In this document: piece after piece, positions 15,669-19,441 of the stretch
How the letters are laid out: each line of letters opens with the position of its first letter
Position numbering within the stretch: the stretch's first letter is position 1
Assembly (NCBI GenBank): GCA_964413725.1
Contig: CAYPUH010000004.1
Location: 7,896 to 27,336, forward strand
DNA length: 19,441 bases
Source of the DNA: an uncultured Cytophagia bacterium
Lineage (GTDB): Bacteria; Zhuqueibacterota; Zhuqueibacteria; Residuimicrobiales; Oceaniaggregativiventaceae
Direction of reading: 5' to 3'
The notes under the pieces: model-generated
Databases searched by the model: none
What the model was told of the DNA's origin: nothing
Seen by the model: only the letters and a program-made list of their open reading frames with translations
Translations under genes and position numbers: made by a program

Positions 15669-15973
15669 ATTTAGTTACAAGATTGTTTTACCCTGTGACA
15701 GCGTACCCAAACTGAACACCGCCAAAGAAACAATTCAGTTGGAGTGGGGCCTGCCTGTCGGATTCTGGATGAGACAAACGGATGGATCTCGCTTCTGATA
15801 TGACTCAAAAACCGAATGGTGTCATCGAGATACTCTGGTTTGGTCATACCGGTGAGTAATACAAAAAATAGGTTGTGACAGAAGCAGATTGTATGGCGGA
15901 AGGTTAAATTGGATGACCGGGTTTTGATTGCTTAATCGCCATGGCAAGGTGGCATTTGGCTACCACTTTTGTG

Positions 15974-16381
15974 TTAGCGAAACATCGCTTTAATGCTCCC
16001 CCAGGTATGACGGGTAGCGGAAATTTGTGGACTTACAGTACAGACCTGATCATACTCTATTTTAGAGTTATCATTTTCGACGATACGCAATTTATAGTAA
16101 TACGTATTGCCACTGGACTTGAAAACCTTGTCATCCACATGGGAATAGGTCTTTTCACCCGTCTGTTCCGGCGTCGCGGCGACAAAAGCCACCTTGTCAT
16201 AATTTGAACCATCACGACTTCGCAACAATTCGTATCCTTTGACATTGGATTCATAGCTTACAACCCATTTGAGTTCCACGCGATTGAGAGCGGTTTCCGC
16301 TCTGAAATCGGTGATGACCGCACCGCCGTAGGCAAGTGACAAGGCCAAAAACGTAATAACTAAAAAGGAAAAGCCTTTCAT
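15974..16381 (-). CDS. Small secreted single-domain Fn3/Ig-like protein, unknown function
   Basis: The track ORF is 15974..16444. The likely start is the ATG at 16381-16379, giving MKGFSFLVITFLALSLAYG as a signal peptide. The body, LNRVELKWVVSYESNVKGYELLRSRDGSNYDKVAFV...GNTYYYKLRIVENDNSKIEYDQV, follows the beta-sandwich pattern seen in Fn3-like and T9SS-adjacent domains of FCB bacteria. It ends with TWGSIKAMFR. Confidence 0.75.
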   Translation of the reverse strand: MKGFSFLVITFLALSLAYGGAVITDFRAETALNRVELKWVVSYESNVKGYELLRSRDGSNYDKVAFVAATPEQTGEKTYSHVDDKVFKSSGNTYYYKLRIVENDNSKIEYDQVCTVSPQISATRHTWGSIKAMFR

Positions 16382-16737
16382 AATCAACATCAGCCTATAA
16401 AGTGAAATCTCTGGTAATTTCTCTAACACTGCAGAACGATGCATCGATGGTCACGATGATACAAGAGTCAGAGTACAGTACTAAATTAAAAAATTCTACA
16501 AATATTCCAAATAGTTTTTCTGATTTGGCATCTAAAATACCACCCCGAGCCCAAATGCCAGACCGTCAAATGATTAAATAAAAAGGGGCTTGTCAAGTTG
16601 TTTTTGATCCACTGGCTTTGTTCCGGGGCGATCCAGTCGCTCGGGTAAATTTACTCTCACCGACCGACAATAGCTTTAAAAATGTCCGCTTTTCTCTCAG
16701 AAGAGCCGTTTTTACTCCATGGAACCATAAGAAACTA

Positions 16738-16766
16738 TTGACATAAAAGAATGAAATTTATATTTT
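16738..16766 (+). promoter_or_regulatory. Sigma70-type promoter candidate for the sigma factor gene (TTGACA-N17-TATTTT)
   Basis: A consensus -35 TTGACA at 16738-16743, a 17-nt spacer and TATTTT at 16761-16766. TATATT with a 15-nt spacer is the alternative -10. This implies a leader of ~110 nt before the GTG at 16883. Confidence 0.5.
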
Positions 16767-16882
16767 AACTACACTCAAACTTCGAGTTCTGCACGTTGGT
16801 AACACCACCCTTGTTTTACAGCATGAGCCGGATCTGAAACGGGAATGCTCCGGACTCTTTACAAAGGGGGTAGACGACAAGA

Positions 16883-17752
16883 GTGAACAAGCGATCCAAA
16901 AAGGGTAGTGGTGACTCTGCCGATCATGTGGAAGATTCTCTTGATCGCTATTTGAATGAAATCAGCAAAGTACCTCTCCTTACTCCCGACCAGGAAGTAG
17001 ATCTCGCCAAACGAATACGGCGGGGCGATCAGACATCTCTTGAAAAACTGACGAAAGCGAATCTTCGGTTTGTGGTTAGTGTTGCCAAACAATATCAAAA
17101 TCAGGGATTATCGCTCGGAGATCTGATCAATGAAGGCAATCTCGGGCTCATCAAAGCCGCCAATCGGTTCGATGAAACCCGTGGATTCAAATTTATTTCT
17201 TACGCTGTGTGGTGGATACGTCAATCCATCCTACAGGCACTTGCCGAGCAATCCCGTATCGTCCGCATTCCCCTAAATAGAATCGGTGCGTTGAACAAGA
17301 TTGAAAAAATTTTCAACACACTGGAACAAGAATACGAGAGAGAGCCCTCGGCCAACGAGATTGCGCATCAGTTGAAAATGAGCCCGGCAGATGTTTCGGA
17401 TGCACTCAATGCAAATGGAAAATACATGTCGCTGGATGCTCCTTTCAATGAAGACGAGGACAATAAACTCATCGATATTATCGAAAGCGATGAGGATGAC
17501 GCGCCCGACATCAACCTTTTGGATGAGTCACTTCGCATCGAGATCGAGCGAGTCCTTTCCAGTCTGAGTGAACGCGAAGCCAATGTGTTGCGTCTTTATT
17601 TTGGCGTTGGCCAGGATACGCCATTAACACTTGAAGAGATCGGTGAAAAATTTTGCCTGACGCGGGAACGGGTCCGGCAGATAAAAGAAAAAGCGATTCG
17701 CAGATTACGTCATAAATCCCGTAGCAGTATTTTACGACAATATCTGGGTTGA
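16883..17752 (+). CDS. rpoD: Primary-type RNA polymerase sigma factor (SigA/RpoD family), short form without region 1.1
   Basis: 289 aa. Recognised blocks are [89 protein letters not shown] (regions 2.1-2.4), RIVRIPLN (region 3) and [29 protein letters not shown] (region 4.2). From memory it is very close to Bacteroidota-type SigA. The GTG start has AAGGGGG 12 nt upstream, so the start is moderately certain. Confidence 0.92.
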   Translation: MNKRSKKGSGDSADHVEDSLDRYLNEISKVPLLTPDQEVDLAKRIRRGDQTSLEKLTKANLRFVVSVAKQYQNQGLSLGDLINEGNLGLIKAANRFDETRGFKFISYAVWWIRQSILQALAEQSRIVRIPLNRIGALNKIEKIFNTLEQEYEREPSANEIAHQLKMSPADVSDALNANGKYMSLDAPFNEDEDNKLIDIIESDEDDAPDINLLDESLRIEIERVLSSLSEREANVLRLYFGVGQDTPLTLEEIGEKFCLTRERVRQIKEKAIRRLRHKSRSSILRQYLG

Positions 17753-17758
17753 TACCCT

Positions 17759-17792
17759 GATTCGGTGCTGTATACCGAATCCCAATTGTTTT
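17759..17792 (+). terminator. Probable intrinsic terminator of the sigma factor gene
   Basis: GATTCGGT (17759-17766) pairs with ACCGAATC (17774-17781) across a 7-nt loop. It is followed by CCAATTGTTTTCT and begins 7 nt after the TGA stop. Confidence 0.5.
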
Positions 17793-17914
17793 CTCTACTA
17801 TCATCACCATACGGGCTATGGTATCAATATCATTTTTGAACAGATACGTTTGATTGGACTTTGTTGGAACAGAATCCCGGAAATTGGACGTTGGGTGAGA
17901 GTGAAATTTTTTTC

Positions 17915-17943
17915 TTGACAAAAGTATTTGATCTTTTTATATT
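17915..17943 (+). promoter_or_regulatory. Near-consensus sigma70-type promoter for the M23 peptidase gene (TTGACA-N17-TATATT)
   Basis: TTGACA at 17915-17920, exactly 17 nt of spacer, and TATATT at 17938-17943. It lies about 110 nt upstream of the ATG at 18055. Confidence 0.6.
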
Positions 17944-18054
17944 TAGTTGTTCTGACCACTACCCTCACTCATTTATATTATTCTTGTCCAGAACATAGTG
18001 TGGAGCACCGCGGGATTACTGCAACTGTATAAAGAAAGCTCAAGGGAATGGGAA

Positions 18055-18978
18055 ATGCCAAAAAAGCAGGTTAAGGTTCTATATTTTTCGTTCGGGGGAT
18101 CAGAGGTAAAAGAAATCAGTCTGGGGTGGAAAAAGATTGTTGCCGTGCTGGCGGGCTTTTTTACTATTTTACTGTTTGCGGTTTCCCTTGTTGTTGGCTT
18201 AACTACTGATTTTTTCAATAATTGGCAGATATCTCATCTGGCCAAAGCCAACACACAACTCCAGGGTATGCTCGATCAAATGCACGGGCGAGTGGTTTCA
18301 CTTGAATCTCAAATGCAAAAGCTTGAAAAAGAGGACAACGACCTGCGCGTCTTTACCGACCTCCCTCAGATCGATAGCGATGTCCGAAAGTTGGGAGTGG
18401 GTGGTAATTCTCAACCCACACTGGGAAATGTATCCGCCCTTTCTGAAGATGCACAATCTCAAGCCATCAGAGTCAAAAGCCTCTTGGATAACCTCGAACA
18501 GAGAATCACGATTGCAGCAAAAAGTCGGGAAGAAATTCTGAGCAAGTATGCCGAGGATCTGAAACGCATCAAACACACACCTTCGATCCGTCCCGTTATC
18601 AATGGACGATATACAGACCGGTTTGGATATCGGATTGACCCGTTTCTGGATAAAGTCCGACCTCACCATGGTCTCGATATTTCAGCGCCTCGCGGAACCC
18701 CGATTTATGCCAGCGCCGATGGCGTCGTTCGGCGGGTGATCAAAAAATACACGCCAAACCACGGCTATGGTAAAATGGTCGAAATCGATCATGGTTACAA
18801 TCTCGAAACACGGTACGCGCATCTTCATAAAATTATGATCAAACAGGGTCAGAAGGTCAGTCGACACACCATTATCGGCCAGGTAGGCGATACAGGCCGG
18901 TCGACGGGTCCCCATCTTCATTATGAGGTGCGTATCGAAGATAAACCCGTTAATCCGGAAATCTATATTCTGGATTAG
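18055..18978 (+). CDS. M23 family (LytM-domain) peptidoglycan metallo-endopeptidase with an N-terminal TM segment and coiled coil
   Basis: The track ORF starts at GTG 17998. I prefer the ATG at 18055, which has AAGGGA 8 nt upstream. The TM segment is IVAVLAGFFTILLFAVSLVVGL. A coiled-coil stretch is LQGMLDQMHGRVVSLESQMQKLEKEDNDL. The catalytic motifs are HHGLDI (HxxxD) and GPHLHYEV (HxH). Confidence 0.92.
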   Translation: MPKKQVKVLYFSFGGSEVKEISLGWKKIVAVLAGFFTILLFAVSLVVGLTTDFFNNWQISHLAKANTQLQGMLDQMHGRVVSLESQMQKLEKEDNDLRVFTDLPQIDSDVRKLGVGGNSQPTLGNVSALSEDAQSQAIRVKSLLDNLEQRITIAAKSREEILSKYAEDLKRIKHTPSIRPVINGRYTDRFGYRIDPFLDKVRPHHGLDISAPRGTPIYASADGVVRRVIKKYTPNHGYGKMVEIDHGYNLETRYAHLHKIMIKQGQKVSRHTIIGQVGDTGRSTGPHLHYEVRIEDKPVNPEIYILD

Positions 18979-19001
18979 CAAAACATGTTGTCAACAACGT
19001 G

Positions 19002-19037
19002 AGCCTGTCATCCCAAGGATCGACGGGCTTTTTTTTT
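19002..19037 (+). terminator. Strong Rho-independent terminator of the M23 peptidase gene
   Basis: AGCCTGTCATCC (19002-19013) pairs with GGAT-c-GACGGGCT (19017-19029). That is 12 bp with one G-U pair and one bulged C, closing the loop caa. A run of 9 T follows, to 19037. Confidence 0.85.
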
Positions 19038-19077
19038 ACCGATTCCATCACTCCCCATTAACCAAGGATACTCATCT

Positions 19078-19441
19078 GTGTATCACCTCAACGGTACCAT
19101 TAAGGGTCTTGCCTGTCTCTTCTTTCTAATTGGTGCGCTTTCTGAATCGGCTGTTTCATCTCCCTCGGTTCAGGATATTGTCCGGGGGATCCGTCACAGT
19201 ATAAATCAGGATTATGAGAAAGCTCTGGCTCAGTTCGATTCTATAAAACAAGAGTATCCTCGCCATCCTGCAGGATATCTCTTTACTGCAGCTGTTTTAC
19301 AAACCCGTATGACCGACTTGGAAACCTCCCGTTGGCTAAAGGAATTTTATGATCAAATTGATCGTGCCATCGCGTTGGCCGATTCCTTGCCTCCCGATCC
19401 CGGGGCGGAAATTCCTCTCCCCTTTTATCTTGGCGCCGGGT
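19078..19441 (+). CDS. Secreted hypothetical protein, probably TPR-like helical repeats; 5' part only (continues past the window end)
   Basis: It is absent from the ORF track because it is open at the window edge. The GTG at 19078 has AAGGA 9 nt upstream, and the frame is open to 19441. The translation is MYHLNGTIKGLACLFFLIGALSESAVSSPSVQDIVRGIRHSINQDYEKALAQFDSIKQEYPRHPAGYLFTAAVLQTRMTDLE.... This reads as a signal peptide followed by a helical pattern like the first TPR of outer-membrane or periplasmic TPR proteins. Confidence 0.55.
   Translation, partial: MYHLNGTIKGLACLFFLIGALSESAVSSPSVQDIVRGIRHSINQDYEKALAQFDSIKQEYPRHPAGYLFTAAVLQTRMTDLETSRWLKEFYDQIDRAIALADSLPPDPGAEIPLPFYLGAG

Noticed and set aside
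15746-15780. GGGGC...GATTCTGGAT...GAC, reminiscent of the tmRNA 5' end (GGGGCUGAUUCUGGAUUCGAC)
   Set aside because: A 10-nt insertion breaks the match. No T-arm (GGTTCGA) or complementary ...GCCCCACCA 3' end occurs within 300-400 nt, and the downstream sequence runs into the Fn3-like CDS. I judge it a coincidence.
17511-18218. Minus-strand ORFs 17511..17921 (136 aa) and 17973..18218 (81 aa)
   Set aside because: They overlap the 3' end of the sigma gene, its terminator and the M23 promoter and 5' end. They have no SD and no motifs, so I treat them as shadow ORFs.
1-19441. Search for CRISPR repeats, tRNA or rRNA, IS elements with terminal inverted repeats, integrases, reverse transcriptases, toxin-antitoxin pairs and alternative genetic codes
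   Set aside because: I saw no spaced direct repeats, no tRNA T-arm/acceptor pattern, and no transposase, integrase or reverse transcriptase motifs. TGA, TAA and TAG all terminate well-delimited genes (for example, the DUF58 TGA is followed by an SD and a start), so the standard code applies.

Overview
The window is a 19.4-kb chromosomal-looking segment. I found no rRNA, tRNA, CRISPR array, transposase or integrase. All product calls come from motif recognition by eye, with no database search.

I support 15 CDS, of which 13 are complete and 2 are cut by the window edges. In order:
- citrate synthase 5' part (-)
- secreted GxGYxYP-family protein, copy 1 (+)
- a GC-rich 701-aa unknown protein (+)
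- FxsA (+)
- cyclopropane-fatty-acyl-phospholipid synthase (+)
- a short geranylgeranyl-reductase-like flavoprotein (+)
- GxGYxYP-family protein, copy 2 (+)
- MoxR AAA+ ATPase, DUF58/vWA protein and an NtrY-like HAMP histidine kinase, tightly coupled (+)
- a convergent ParA/MinD/Mrp-like ATPase with a 4-Cys C-terminal extension (-)
- a 954-nt ORF-poor gap
- a small secreted Fn3/Ig-like protein (-)
- a short SigA/RpoD-type sigma factor lacking region 1.1 (+)
- an M23 (LytM) peptidase (+)
- the start of a secreted TPR-like protein (+)

Several intrinsic terminators and near-consensus sigma70-type promoters are visible. The gene content suggests an uncultivated FCB-superphylum-like bacterium that uses Shine-Dalgarno sites and canonical promoters; this is inference.

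I see no hallmark defence, mobile or toxin system. The most unusual things are:
1. Two old, collinear GxGYxYP paralogs, each with an extra N-terminal module, bracket a 5.2-kb block.
2. The first gene of that block is a strong GC-content outlier of unknown function.
3. A MoxR-DUF58 pair is translationally coupled to an orphan sensor kinase instead of the usual vWA/Bat partners.
4. A ParA-like ATPase has a Cys-x3-Cys-x5-Cys-x8-Cys tail, and its 3' end overlaps the kinase gene by 49 bp.
5. An unexplained ~0.95-kb, hairpin-rich, ORF-poor region lies upstream of that ATPase.
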